From: Klebsormidium nitens
Taxonomy: Eukaryota; Plantae; Klebsormidiophyceae
DNA: 64,000 nucleotides
Assembly: GCA_000708835.1 (NCBI GenBank)
Contig: DF236951.1
Span: forward strand, 310,101 to 374,100
Direction of reading: 5' to 3'
The notes under the pieces are model-generated. The model saw only the letters and a program-made list of their open reading frames with translations. It did not search any database and was not told where the DNA came from. A program made the position numbers and the translations under genes. This document shows positions 11,297 to 23,787 of this stretch, piece by piece. How positions within the stretch are numbered: position 1 is the first letter of the stretch; the number at the start of each line of letters is the position of its first letter.

Positions 11297-14200
11297 ATGA
11301 CCACCACTGCAGCAATGGAACTTCCCGTCAGTATTGACGACTCTCTGAAGATTGAGTCAGTCCAGGTCATCAGCGGGCTCGCTTTCGACAACCTCAAAGT
11401 GCTGTTGACCTGGCTTGCAAATCAGGTCAAGGACCAGGTAAGAGCTACTGCAATTGTCAAGTTTGATGCGCATCGTTTCTGCAGTTCAAATAGGAGAAAG
11501 GCTTTCTTTCTACACAACAGGCGCCATTCGGACTGATTTGCCGGGCACCAAGACTTTTGCGATATTGCTTTAGGAGCTCAGCTATGCTCTCAGCAGCGCC
11601 AGGATTCAATTGGAATCAAACACTCCGCAAGAGCTGAAGGTTCGTCTCCTGGACGAAGCAGGGGCAGCAGTTGACTGGTCCCGGAAGAGTGTAACGCAAT
11701 TGCACCTCGTTGAACCCATTGAATGGTAGTTTCAGAAAACCAGATGCTATCGCTGAAATCTGCTTGACCATCAACAAGGTTGTGGCTTAGTCGATAAGAT
11801 TGGAAAACGGATTTTTTTTGTGCAAGAGATTTGCAGGCTCATGCGGTCACGAAAGCAGATTTTTAAACGCCTTTCCTCTTGCAGGGAGCTCGGTTGGCAA
11901 ACGCAGAGGAGAGTTGCAAGGGTGGCGCTTCAAAGGACGAACTGCAGAAGTTGCTTGGAGCGTTGGAAGAGGGGAAGGCAAAGCAAGCGGCAGCAGATGC
12001 CAAGACGAAGGTCCTGGAGGGGAGGGTTGAAGCTGCAGAGAAGGGGTAAGAAACTCTTCATTGTTCGCATACAGGATGCGGCTTGCGATTCCTGTGGGCC
12101 TTGCAACCCGATTCCTTTCTCTAAAACTGACGGGCTAACTGCTTCATTGATTGCGTCTAGTGATGTCCAGTGATGGTGGACCTACACCGAACCAAATCGC
12201 CTCTCATGAATGTGAGCTGTTGAGTCCCAGGTACTTCAAAGAATAATAGAGGTTGGTTGGAGACCCTTCTCATGGAAACGTGTCCTTCCCCAGGTTGCTT
12301 GAGAGCTCAGCTAGCAAACCTCCAGAAACCCACGACCTCGCTCCGAGGATCAGCGCCCTGGAAGAGGCAGAGAAGAAGCGGCAGAGCGCTTCAGAGGCTG
12401 ATATTGCAGCTTCAAAAAGGCGGAGCTCAAATGGCAAAGCTGAGGGAACGGGAAGCAGTCCAACGAATGGAGGGGAAGAGGGATTGCGGAAAGAACTTGA
12501 TAGAGTTGCGAAGTTTGCGGAGGAGAGTGGGGCGCGGTTGAAAGCGGCGGAAGATGAGCTGAAGCGGATTGCGGCGCAGGTCGAGCAGCAGGGGACGGCA
12601 CAGAAGGGACAGGCGGAGCAGGTCAAGGTGCGGAACGGTTCCTCTTTTCGTGTTTCTTTGGGCCTTCGTATGCAGATACCAAACTATCTGATGCTATGAA
12701 GACTCTAATCTCCAGACTTTATGGAGTTCGTTGATGACTTAGTCATAGGCACGTATTTGGCGGTCAGTTGCTGCTTGCAAAATCGCCGCACGCGCCCTTG
12801 GAAAACGTCAAAAGTATCGAGTTATGCTCATAAGAGAGTCGGTGCTCCGTTCTCCCTTGGTCCAAGGCGTTGAACGGCTCTTGATCGATTTGGGCCAAAT
12901 CCTTTGCAGGAACATGCGGCTGCGCTGCAGGCCGCTGACCAGAAGCTTGCGCGCCAGGGTGAGGATCTCCTCGCACTGCGAGGCACGTGCGCGGGTTTAA
13001 GGAAGGACTTGGACTGTAAACCCCTGCCAATACCGGCCGCTTCGGCAGCCGGGGCGGCCGCGGGGGATCCCTCCGGGATGGGCGCCGTCTTGGGGGAACT
13101 GCAGAGGCGGTTGGAGCGAAAAGCGGACGCCGAAACGGTGGAGAATGTGCGGAGGGGGGTAGAGAGGGCCGAGGCTGACGTGGCAAACGTGGACGCGAGA
13201 GTGGCGGAGTTGCAGGGCCGCGTTGACGTCATTGATGCAAATGAGTTGGTGAGTTCGAAGAAATTGGAAGAATCGTCGAGGACTGTATTCCACTCATTGC
13301 ATAGGTAAAGATGAGATCGGAGGGAATGCTGGACTCGATAGGCAGTAGCGCAATAGTGGAATGAGGCCGTTCTACCATCTGATTCTTACTGACGATGAGT
13401 CAATGCCTTTTGCTTTGAAAAGGGCTTGAAGTAGAAGTACACTTCAAGTTTCACCGACTTGCGAAGATCGTTAGTTGGTTCGGAGACAGAGTCGAGCGGG
13501 GTGGGATGCCCATCTCTGCCCTTTGATACATTCTGCGGAACCCGAACCTTGGACCTCAAGACTTAGAAAGTGTAGGCCGGAAGAGAGCTCATCTAGGCGG
13601 CGCGATCGGATTGGAGCGGTTGTAAGGCGTTGCAAGGAGTAGGTAAACGAACCAATTTCTGGCCTCTGCCGACTGGAACGGGTCTCTTGAATTGAAAGAA
13701 GCCAACCGTTCCATTTTCTGCACGAAAGACTTACATCAGAATTCGCCTTTCTTAGAATCGTCCATTGCCTGCCGTCCGGCCAACATCCGCCGTCCGATCG
13801 AAGGAGGTGACCCGTGACGAGTACGAAAAGCTGGAGGTCGACGTGGACCATCTCACGGAGCGCGTTGGGGACTTGGAGGTCGCGCGCGCGCAGGCAGCCG
13901 CGGCTGACGTGGCAAGGAAGTGCCAAAGGATTGAGGACGAGCTGAGGCTGCTGGTGGGTCGACTAGGCTTGGAGGCTTAGCTCCACAGAAATCTGCTCTG
14001 GACACCTGTATTTGGATTCTAATGGTCGTTTCTTTGAATATCTTCTGGATTCGGTGGTTACGGTAATCTCGCTTTTGTCTTTCGCATGAATTGCAGAATG
14101 CTCATGAGTACTGACGAATCTGGCGAGGAATTTGACTGTTGCAGATGACAACCTTTTGCTTTGTGGTTGATTGATTGCTGCGCCTCGGCTTTCAGGAGGG

Positions 14201-17200
14201 TCTTGGAAACCCGCACCGGTATGCAGTGCTTTGCTTGCGTCGAATGGCTGTGAGACCTTACATCGGGGATCGAGCACATCCAGGCGAACAGCTGCGTGAC
14301 CGTCCTCGTGTCTCTCTCTCGCCCAGCTGAAACGCGTCGATGACTTGGGCGTCTCCAAAGCGGAGCGCGCCCCGCTGGACGACCTCGCCTTCAAAGTCGC
14401 CGCCCTCGAACTGCCCCTCGACTCAGACGACACTCAGGAGTCCGCTGCCACTGCTCTTCCGTCCACAGCGCCGGTTCCGTTCACAGCCCCAGCTCCGTCC
14501 AGCGTTCCGTCCGTTCTGGCGGAAGTGGCGCGACCGAAAAGCGCGAAGCCGCGGCCGGAAAGCGCGAACGCGGGGCTTGTCGCGCTGCGGGAGATGGTGG
14601 TCGGGAAAGCCGACCGGGAGGAGATGCGGCAGCTCGCGGCCGCGGTAGATTCGCAGGTGCGCGGATTTAGAATGTCGCTCTGGAGCTTTGTCAGAAAGCC
14701 TCTCAGAACTATATGTATCCTTGAGACGACTCACCTTGACAATGCCTGTTGACGGAAAGGCCTTGCTGTCCGTTTGCGTGGAAGTCATAGCGCATGCCCG
14801 CTCGTACGATTGATGCAAGATATCATGCGAACGTTTCGAAATTTGCAGTTTCAGTCCATTGCAAGTGATCTTCATCGAGGCGCTCTCAGATCGCACCGTC
14901 CATTTTAACAATCGACACAGGCTGCGTGCACGTTCTGTTGGTCAACGCTTTCCCTCAAGAGCGTCTCGAAGCTATGAAGACCTTCGACAAATCAGAGAAG
15001 ATCACCCTTCTTCTGAAGACTCTGACATGGATTGTTGCTCCTCGGAAACTGACGGAATGCCGTCTTGTTCCGCAGCGGAACGAGCTGCTGGCGGAGCTGC
15101 GCGCGCTCAAGAACCGGCTCGCGGCCGCGTCCGGAGCGCCCGACGAGACGATCTTCTCCATATGCACGCACCTGCAAGACGATCTTAATGCCCTCCGAAA
15201 GCTCGTCCAGACAAAAGCGGACGCTTCGGACGCTTCATTGGCGGCGAGAGCGATGTCGGACGGCGCTGACGTGGCGCCTCGAACGCCGTCCAAGTTGGGA
15301 TCGGACGGCGCTGAGGTGGTTGCGAGATTGGCGCTGGATGGCGGCGCCAAGCGGCCGTCGTCGGCGCGGAGGGTGGGGGGCTCGCTGACTGCGGAGAGCA
15401 GAACGAGCGGAAACGGAGTGGAAGGGGTTTTGGAGAGGGTTGGAGAGTTGGCGACGAGATTGGACCAAATCCAGGCAAGTGCATGGTTATCGGTTGCTAA
15501 CCAATCGACCAGTTGTAGTTTTAGTCAATGGTGACGATTTGTGAGCAACTGAGCTCTCATGCGGGCGCTCAAAGAAACTGTTTTCACTTGCGAGGTCCAG
15601 ACGCCTGCCCTCTGATGCCTGAGATAGCGGCCTTTCGTTGTCCCCTGCCGGTCCCCTGTTGTGGACGTACATAGGCGCACCTGGATCTTTGTGTCGGAAT
15701 AAGCAGTAAGGCCAGGGCGGTGGACTGTGACTGGTTGCCCTGAATCTTTTGAAACGTGGTGTGAATCTCCTCAGGTTGAGAATGAACAAGCCTCAGCGAA
15801 GGTTGCCAGCTTGAGACGGGTGGGGTACATGGAGATCAGGGTTCTCGTTTCGGCTTAGGAGCTTACCACCCTCAAAGCTTACGGGTCTTGAATCATTAGT
15901 AGTGTGTTCACACTCAGATCCTGCTCAGCTTTTACCGCAGGACGTTTTGCTGGGCAAGGCCAGCTTGGCGGACTTCGCGCACCTGCAAGACGAGTTCGAC
16001 ACCCTGCGCGGTTCCACGCGGCGGCTCAGCCGTCGGACGAGCCTCATCGGACGGCTCAGCAGCGGCGCTGACACGGACAGAAGCGACAGAAGCGAAGAGG
16101 GCGGCGCGGCGGGCGGCGAGGAGCTGCGGAAGGCGTTGCGCGACCAGCAGAAGCTGATCCAGCAGGTAACGCTCCGGCGAAGGTTGGGCCGACCGTTACG
16201 GGCGGCTGTCTGGTGATGTAATCTGTGCGTCAGCACCTGATTTTTGGGGCCGGAGATCAGATAGGTAGAGACTGTCTCGACCACGTGAAGGGCAAAGTTG
16301 GATTGCTTCTTTAACTTTGATTCAAGCCCTTTGGGAAGAACGAGCCGGCTGAGAATGTGCATAAGGCGCGAGGTTTTTCCAGGGTCCCTGGCACTAGAGG
16401 AACAGCATTTCTGGTTTGCATCGAGTACCGTACTCGAGACTCTTTTGGTAGCTTTCAACAAACACGGGTGCCTCTGATTATCAAGCCATCCAATCGTAAT
16501 GTTTGCAAGACGTATGCTGATTCAAGATGCAGCTGTTGCAAGACCTAAGGAAAAAATGACGTGCAAAACCGTATTTTCACAGCTGTACAAGCACGTGGGT
16601 CTCATTGGAAAGGGTGTCGTCATAATGTCCGGCAACGATCCGCAACGACCTCCTACCCCGGGCAAGCGGAAGACGGAAGATGGCGACCGGAACGGCGGAA
16701 ACGGAAGGAACAGCGGGTCCTCGCGGCACTCAGGCAGCGGAAACGAATCCTCAACACACGCGGAGAGGCCGATCAGTTATGAGGACATCATGCGATTTTA
16801 CGAGGTGGGGAGTCGATCTCGGAGGCGGATGAATCAGGTTTCTGCGGATTTTCTTGACGTACTTCAAGAAAGAAAGCAAAGGGACTTTGAAGGCCATAAA
16901 ACGAAACCTGCTATAGAGCTAAAGACCTTGGGACATTGGCAAAGGGAAAGGACCTTGGCAGAGTAGCCAATCGATAAGAAATCTTGGCAGCTGTTCCATC
17001 GTTCTTAGTGCAAACGATTCTTTCTTCGCCTTCTTTCCTTTTCTATAGGCTTGCGGCGTTCGCCCTCTCTGATTCACACGCGTTGCCCGCGCGCTTTATC
17101 ATGTTCTGGCCGCCTCGCTATCAGTAACCAATCCTCACAGATTCAATCCTTCTCCCGCCAGGAGCTGCTCGCGTGCGACCACGTGGCGCCCAAGGAGAAC

Positions 17201-18795
17201 GTGTCGCGCGTCGCCAACCTGGGCGGTGACGTCAGCGAGGTGGTGAAGCGCATGGACGAATACGACCAACTGCTGAGCTCGCTCCGCGACGAGGTGCTCG
17301 GCAAGGCGGGGCGGGCCGACCTGCAGGCAAGTACCTAACTCATCATGCAATCAAAATGGTGTTTGGGCTGGGGTGTCTCGAGGCTTCGCAAGCATGAATT
17401 CGTTAGACGCGTTCTGTAATTACTGGGTTAGCGTCAAACCTGATGCCAGCTGGTCGACACAATTTCGAACCGTCCAGTTTTTTTGGAGCACTGAACTGGT
17501 GCCGTTTGGCAGCGCCAAAGGTTGGAATGCATCATTACAAGGTTGACGCGATGGTCTCCATTTGTGCGGTTGTCTCGCCCTTGCGACCTCACCTTTTTCC
17601 AATTTACGTCCACAACGATTTCCCACCGCCTCAGAGCGCGCCCCTTCCTTCAAATGACGCCGTTAGCTTTCTTGCACCCTCAAACTCCATGGGTATGCAA
17701 TCTGTCCAGTCTCAAGCTTTTGAACCACCCTGTGCGCGCGCAGAAGCTGGCCCGGTTGGTCCAAGACTACCTGTCCCGGGCGCCCGAGGGCGACTACGCG
17801 ATGCTGGCCGGGAAGCCGCTGACCGGGTACAAGTGCATGTCGTGCGACCACCCGCTGGAGAAACTGAACGCGAAGCGGGCGGACTACGTGCCGGGGGGAT
17901 CCCTCCCGAAGTCCAACTGGGCGCAAATGTCGGCGGAACGCATCTACGCAGGGGGGATGCAGGTGGGCTGGGTAACGATTGGCTGGAAAAACTACTGGGT
18001 TTTAACTCGTGGCTTCCTGGGTTAGTGCCCACGGCCACGATTTTGAAATGTGTGGCTCTCCGCTCCCTCCGACGCCGAGAAGTGCATGGTTCAGGAGGGG
18101 ATGCCCGGGGATCAGAAGGTGGACGCGTTACTTTTCATGATGCACTGTGGTGCAGCTTACGGCCAGAGAGTTCTTTGGCAGCGGAACAGAAGTGAAAGGC
18201 TGCTGCTCCGCTTTGCGCCTGGACACAGGTTTGAGATGTGAACTCTGTTCTTGTCAGCAGCCGGGTGGACAGTTTTGCGAGTAACTCAATCGCCATCCTT
18301 ACAGATTTCAAACGCTTCCGACTTGACGTTTGCTTTCTTGAAAGGAGGGACCCCTTCGAATGAGGAAGGGGGAAGACAATCAGCCGTCGAGCAAGAGAAT
18401 GCTTGTCGTGCGAGTTGGTTTTCGAGAAAGGTTTGTTGACCCGGACCAAACCCAGGCTAGCTGTGTGTTGACAAGATGTATCATCCCACTTGCAGGGTCG
18501 CCTGCCCTCCGAGACATCCCCCGTCTCCTCCCCCCGGATGACCTCCCCCCGGTCGGAGAACCGCAGCGTGACCTCCCCGGCTTCGAAGGGCGGGACTTTG
18601 CCGGCGACTCCGGGAGCCGCTTCGCTGAGTCCGGAGTCGCTGCCGCCTCTGAAAGAGCGGAAGAGCAACGGCGCCGGCATGCTCACCCCCCGACGGCCGA
18701 CCTCTGCAACCGGGGCGCGGCGGCCGCAAACGCCGTCGCAAGAGAACAGCGGCCAGCTATCGGGATTTGACACGCCACATAGCAATACCGCATGA
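11297..18795 (+). CDS. ~1010-aa coiled-coil protein with QRICH2/C16orf96 (DUF4795)-like C-terminal Cys motif
   Basis: Exons 11297-11437, 11885-12045, 12294-12627, 12910-13248, 13756-13953, 14327-14656, 15076-15474, 15941-16165, 16583-16804, 17162-17326, 17744-17962, 18496-18795, all phase-compatible. Heptad-rich, with repeated KAD/KAS/KAG segments and the motif DYAMLAGKPLTGYKCMSCDHPL. The start may be ATG 11297 or 11315. Confidence 0.75.
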
Positions 18796-19324
18796 ACGAA
18801 ACGTTGCGCTGCTAATATAATTCTATCGTGACCGAGGGTGTCGAAATCCCGCTACGCGACTAATATTGTAGTAAGTGGCATCTCTAACTGATTGTATAGG
18901 TATAGCCTGAGTGTCGTGCGTGCAGAGGTGCTTTAAAAAAGGTTTGAGAGGAAGCTCGAGTCCAGCATGAAGAAACCGCTTCCGCAAAACTGCTGCGCTT
19001 TACAAATACAAGGGCTTGTAAGAAAGAAGGAAGAAATGAGGGGGTGACTGATGATAACAATAATCCTCAAAGACTGTGAAAGTCTTCGACTGAGATTTAA
19101 AATCAGTAGCATCCTTTTCGTGAAGCTTTTGACTGTCAAACAAAAGAAGAAACTAGTCGAACAGCAGAGGATGCCGTCTTTGGAACCATTTCTACTCACT
19201 CGGTGCCCGCCCTTGCATCCGCCTGGCAATTCTTAAGCTATGTCAGCACAATCTGGATTGTTGTTCAACGTTGCTACCCGCGTTTTCACGATCTCTGTGA
19301 AGAAAAATTTCTGGCTATCGAGGT

Positions 19325-19380
19325 TACCGGGTTAGTATCAAGGGCAACAGACTACCGGGTTAGCATCAAGGGCAACAGAC
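19325..19380. repeat. 28-bp tandem duplication (2 copies, 1 mismatch)
   Basis: TACCGGGTTAG[T/C]ATCAAGGGCAACAGAC at 19325-19352 and 19353-19380. Confidence 0.95.
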
Positions 19381-21484
19381 GATGGGAACCTGGTTAATTC
19401 CTTGTTAGATATGTCATTCATGTAAGGATGCCGTCGATGTTCTCTTGTGATAAGGCCGTGCCCGGCATCAACGGCATGGGGTTGATCAGGGGGAAAATGC
19501 GATAGCCGCTGACTGAGAATGGCACCGAGTCATCGAGTGCACGCACACACTCTACATGATGGCCTGGTCTCTCAAACATCCATCCGACGCTCAGTGCAAC
19601 ATTATGGTCCGCGTGCAATGCATCATGCGCCCGATTTCCAACGCCATCGTGTATAAATGCATGCAGCTGGAGTAGATGCTTAACCGGCACTCGATCAATG
19701 AAGTACATTGTTTGACTACAGGCTGATGACGGTGTTCCATCTAGCTCCCGAAATTCAAGACAGCAATATCATTCAGTGTGATTGCGCTATCAGTCATTCA
19801 CGCCTGCGTGCAAAGTCAGAGGTTCCATGATCGACGCCGTCTGTGGCAGAAGTGACTGACCATGCATACGCCAATGCAGGGCGGCTCATAATGAAATACT
19901 GTTTATATGCGTGGCTTACATGCGAATCATCGCATGAAGCAATATCCCATCAACTTATGACATGCTGGCCTGCTAGCCTGCATGATGATATTGTGGTCAA
20001 CAGCTATTACAGTATCATTCTGGTATACCTTTTCAAGTGTAAGCAGCATGGAATCCACTTATCATTCCAGCTTAAGCTCAAGCCTTGAGTATACGCTGTC
20101 ATTCGGTTCTGGGCAATCTCGACAGCGTACATATCGATCAGTGTCAAACCATGTGCCATGATGGCTTTGCAAGTATGACCTGATGTAATCCCAGCGTCTC
20201 AACTATACAATCTACCCTTCGTCTCAAACTTGAGAAGAGTAAGGCATGGCGTTCCCGTCTTTATGTCACCACCTATTAATACATGTTGACGACGGGTTCA
20301 CGATTTGCACGATTAAACATGCAAATCTGGCGGGACGCTTGGTGTGTAGGGTCCTGCAGAGGGACGGTTTCGTGAAGGGTCGGCGGAGGAAAGTGGCAGT
20401 CAAATGGTGACAACGTCATACCCCTACCCGGCTGTACTGAACTTTATCTGCCCTTAGCAGAGCCATCAAAGAGGCATTTTGTAGAACGTAGTGCTAAATC
20501 TACAAGTGTATATTAGCAAGAATCACGTCGGATAAACAAGATGCACTATTCTGGAGTATCCGGAAGGCTAAGTTGGAGATTGCTCAAAACATGCCGGGCT
20601 CCTGAAAGCTCAAGAACAAGAAGAAACTCCGGATCTTCTGAGAAGTGCTCAAATACCAAGGAACAGGTTCAAAGGCAGGCAAAAGGAATAACGCTTTGGA
20701 TGAAAGTACAATGCAGAGGAAGAGAATGTTACCTTTTTCGTAAGTTCGGACAATCGGGCTCGCATACTGGGGTGTGAAATAGGGCCCGGATGCCGCTGTA
20801 CCGGTTGACACATGCATGACCTGCTGGTATCATGACGGGGAATAGAAGACAAACTGCACACGCTACAGTGTCAGTACATTACCTGTTTCCAATCAAGGAA
20901 ACAAGAGCTTTGATTCAGGTCTGAAGACCTGCCTCGCAACTTTGGTGAGTACTCTGGTCAATTGCAGATATAAAGATTGCAAGGTTGCCTGGCAAGGTCG
21001 ATATAAACGCAGTCAGTCTCAAAGAACCCTCCATCTCTTCATCATCATCTCGCAAGATGGAGTCCTGCTTTAGGATGGATCAGCCCCGTTTTTTGCTTTT
21101 GCTGAAGTTGTTCAACATTGTTCCGAAGCCCTTGATTATCCCTGTCCCCTATTCGGCTGCACACACTAGCAGAGTACATAACCTTTGCATATACCTGCGA
21201 CTATGTGGATATTTGCAGTACTTATACTTTTGGGTAGGTTAGCTTGTGGCAGGGCTGGAGTAGGCGGCAGGCCCAGTGCGCTAAGACGCCGCTCAGAAGT
21301 GGCCGGTGACGTGCCGTCCACTTCCAAGCGTGTCCAGTTTATGCAGCACTGTACACACAGCGTGTGTATATTTTTGAACAAAGCCAGGCAGGCCTTGACC
21401 CACATTCACACCCCTGAAGCATCAAAGACACCCTGAAGAGTTTAGCATGCACCAAGGATTAAATCTGGAGCAGAGCACCCCACA

Positions 21485-22921
21485 TCAACCCCCAGAAAGC
21501 AGCAGACTCGCAGCCCTCTGACCAGGCAAACAGCCGTTGGTGTGATTCACAGACCCTCCACAGACCCTCATTGGAGCCGCCTGCAAGAGAGATCTGGGAA
21601 GCAACTTTCTGTTGTAACTCTTCAGACCACACCTCGGCTTGCAGGGCCCCACATAGAGGTCCCAGTGGTCCCTGCCATTGTACAGGAGCCGGAGGGGCTC
21701 CAGCTTTTGCCCCGCACCCTCGGTCTCATACCTTTGAATGCACTTTGGCTGGGCCCCTGCCCCCCCCCACCCCTTCTTCTTTTCCGGCATCACACCCTCC
21801 TTCTCACCCTCACTCACACCCTCCCTCAAACCCTCCTCCTTACCCTCAGGTAAGACCCAGACTTCCACCACTCGGTCCAGCACGTGCTTTGCAGCCAGGT
21901 AAAGCTCAAGCTCTCCGGCCCAGGTGGTGACTTCCATAAGAGATTTGACGTAAGAGTCCAAGTCAAGGCTTTCGACCAGGCCTCCCATCTCCTCAGAGTT
22001 CGCCCTGAAGGCCTCCGCCACCTGCATTCGCAGCAGGTCTGCGATCTGCCGCTCATCAGCACGCACGTCTTCATCCAATGCAAGGCCCCTGGAGTCACGC
22101 TGGCACCTGTCTAGCAGGTCTGGAAATGCCGCCCTGCCAAGAGCACGGAAGGCGCAGCGCCCGTCCCCAAACACCTTCTGCCTGACAGCGCTGTCGTCCT
22201 TTGCACCTGAAGCAGTGTCCCGGACCTTGGAAATGATCGTCACTGTCACTGTTGTCTTAGAAGCGGCAATGCATTGGTTCTGGTGAGCCTTTGCTGGCGC
22301 CTCGTGTGTCTTGGTAGCTGCTCTCCGGGCAAGTGCATTGCTGATCTCATCCTTGTCAGGTCCCAGCAGGTCGGCGGCAGCAGCATACAGCGGTCCCAGC
22401 CTCTGCACCCTTGGAAACCTGCCATTCGCCACGGCGGCTGGAACACACACCGCATCCATGACCATCTCCCCCAGCTCCCTGCACCTCCGCTTGATCATGG
22501 GGGACAGGTCCCTCTCCTCAAGTGGTTCGTGTTCAGTTGACATGGAGCCACTAGCTGGAGTCGGGACTGAAGAGAAGTTGAAGGCTTCTCGAGACCTCTT
22601 CTTGGAACTGGCGCCGCCCTGCAGTCTCACCGGAAGCGCTGCTGCCATGCTGCTGCTGACGATTGCTGGATGAAAGTAACGCTTGTCCTCGCCAACGCTT
22701 CTAGAGCTTGCAGCTGTCGAGATGAAAGCAGGCGCCTTGTCAGCTGTTGCGCTTTGTTCCTTGGTGGCTGCTACTGAATGGGGGCCGCAGCTGCATTTGA
22801 AGCTGAGCAAGCTGCATTTGTTCTGAGCCGTGGGCCGCGGGCGGGCCATTGCAACGATATGAGCCTCCTCATTTGCAGCTTTGGTACGTGACTGTGACAC
22901 TTGATCCACGTGACCCGTCAT
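21485..22921 (-). CDS. Intronless 478-aa OTU-family cysteine protease/deubiquitinase (plant OTU3/OTU4-like domain)
   Basis: Single ORF with OTU motifs VFGDGRCAFRAL (catalytic Asp/Cys), TWAGELELYLAAKHVL, and LRLLYNGRDHWDLYV (catalytic His). The N-terminal half is low-complexity with basic KKRSR/KRRCR patches. Confidence 0.8.
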   Translation of the reverse strand: MTGHVDQVSQSRTKAANEEAHIVAMARPRPTAQNKCSLLSFKCSCGPHSVAATKEQSATADKAPAFISTAASSRSVGEDKRYFHPAIVSSSMAAALPVRLQGGASSKKRSREAFNFSSVPTPASGSMSTEHEPLEERDLSPMIKRRCRELGEMVMDAVCVPAAVANGRFPRVQRLGPLYAAAADLLGPDKDEISNALARRAATKTHEAPAKAHQNQCIAASKTTVTVTIISKVRDTASGAKDDSAVRQKVFGDGRCAFRALGRAAFPDLLDRCQRDSRGLALDEDVRADERQIADLLRMQVAEAFRANSEEMGGLVESLDLDSYVKSLMEVTTWAGELELYLAAKHVLDRVVEVWVLPEGKEEGLREGVSEGEKEGVMPEKKKGWGGAGAQPKCIQRYETEGAGQKLEPLRLLYNGRDHWDLYVGPCKPRCGLKSYNRKLLPRSLLQAAPMRVCGGSVNHTNGCLPGQRAASLLLSGG

Positions 22922-23448
22922 TGGTGACGCAACCGACTCGCGTCAGCCGTCCAAAGGTTACAATCTTCAACATAGACCGTCGATAACAGAAGCGTCACGT
23001 TTGACGTCGGTATGGTTGCGAAACCTCCGCCCAAACCCCGCGTTCAATTGCCCCTACCGTCAATGGAGCGGCCGCCGGCCGCGCGCGCGTTAGCTGATCT
23101 GATCGAGCCGGCGCTTGCATTCTGACAATACGTACTGATTGGACCACACATAGGGAGGCCGCCAGTAATGATAACAAAAAGAGAAACACTATCAAACAAA
23201 CCAAACTAAGTCGCACAACGAATGAACTTCAGTACCACAACAGCCCCGAAGCGCACTATGATATGATGTTTTTCTGGATCCTTTGGAGCTTTGCCAGGCC
23301 ACGGCTTGCTCAGACAAGAAGGTTGGGAAGCAGCAAACGTTATGGTGCTACGAGTAAAACAGTGGAATTGTGGAAGACTGATGCATCCAGGTAGCTAGAT
23401 GCATAAAAGCTAGTGACAACCAGTTCCGGCTACCCAGTTTGATCTTCG

Positions 23449-23787
23449 TCACCACCATATATATACATCTATGACATCTATCATCTGCACGGCTTTTCGC
23501 CAACTTGGAGCAAGCAATCTCATTATTTTCAATTTTTTATAAGCTCTTGCGCGCCACTTCGTGCCAAAAGCCAGCCGTAGGAAGCCGGCGTTCTTATCCC
23601 GGCAATCCGTTTGTAACGCAGAGTATCCCGCCGCGCTTGCGAAGGTGCCAAACTTTGATTTAGAAAGCTTGTCAGCAACATCCTCCAAACGCATTGCAAC
23701 GATTGCAACTTGAGAAGGTGGCAGCATCCTCAGGACGGGAGGAGGTGGAAGGAGAGAAGGAGACGTTACATCTGAAAAGTGGCCCAT
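23449..23787 (-). CDS. Orphan 112-aa ORF, function unknown (may be a gene fragment)
   Basis: ATG-initiated ORF with protein-like amphipathic composition (LEDVADKLSKSKFG...LRLAFGTKWRARAYKKLKIMRLL); no family recognised. Confidence 0.3.
   Translation of the reverse strand: MGHFSDVTSPSLLPPPPVLRMLPPSQVAIVAMRLEDVADKLSKSKFGTFASAAGYSALQTDCRDKNAGFLRLAFGTKWRARAYKKLKIMRLLAPSWRKAVQMIDVIDVYIWW

Noticed and set aside
14715-14959. U12-type donor consensus GTATCCTT with a phase-compatible AG at 14958-14959
   Set aside because: Joining would create an in-frame TAG (T|AG) and there is no properly placed TCCTTAAC branch site. The canonical 14657-15075 intron gives a clean frame.
16421-16437. 8-bp palindrome TCGAGTAC-C-GTACTCGA in an intron
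   Set aside because: Short enough to arise by chance in 64 kb.
12257-18785. Many long antisense and alternate-frame ORFs over GC-rich exons (also at 21542-22673, 42566-43531, 55737-57096, 62038-63342)
   Set aside because: These are shadows of GC-rich coding exons, where stop codons are depleted on other frames.
23300-23787. Faint resemblance of the orphan ORF to GT8 glycosyltransferases, and of the downstream DASVFHNS to a Harbinger DDE motif
   Set aside because: No DxD or other diagnostic motifs; the similarity is too short to support.
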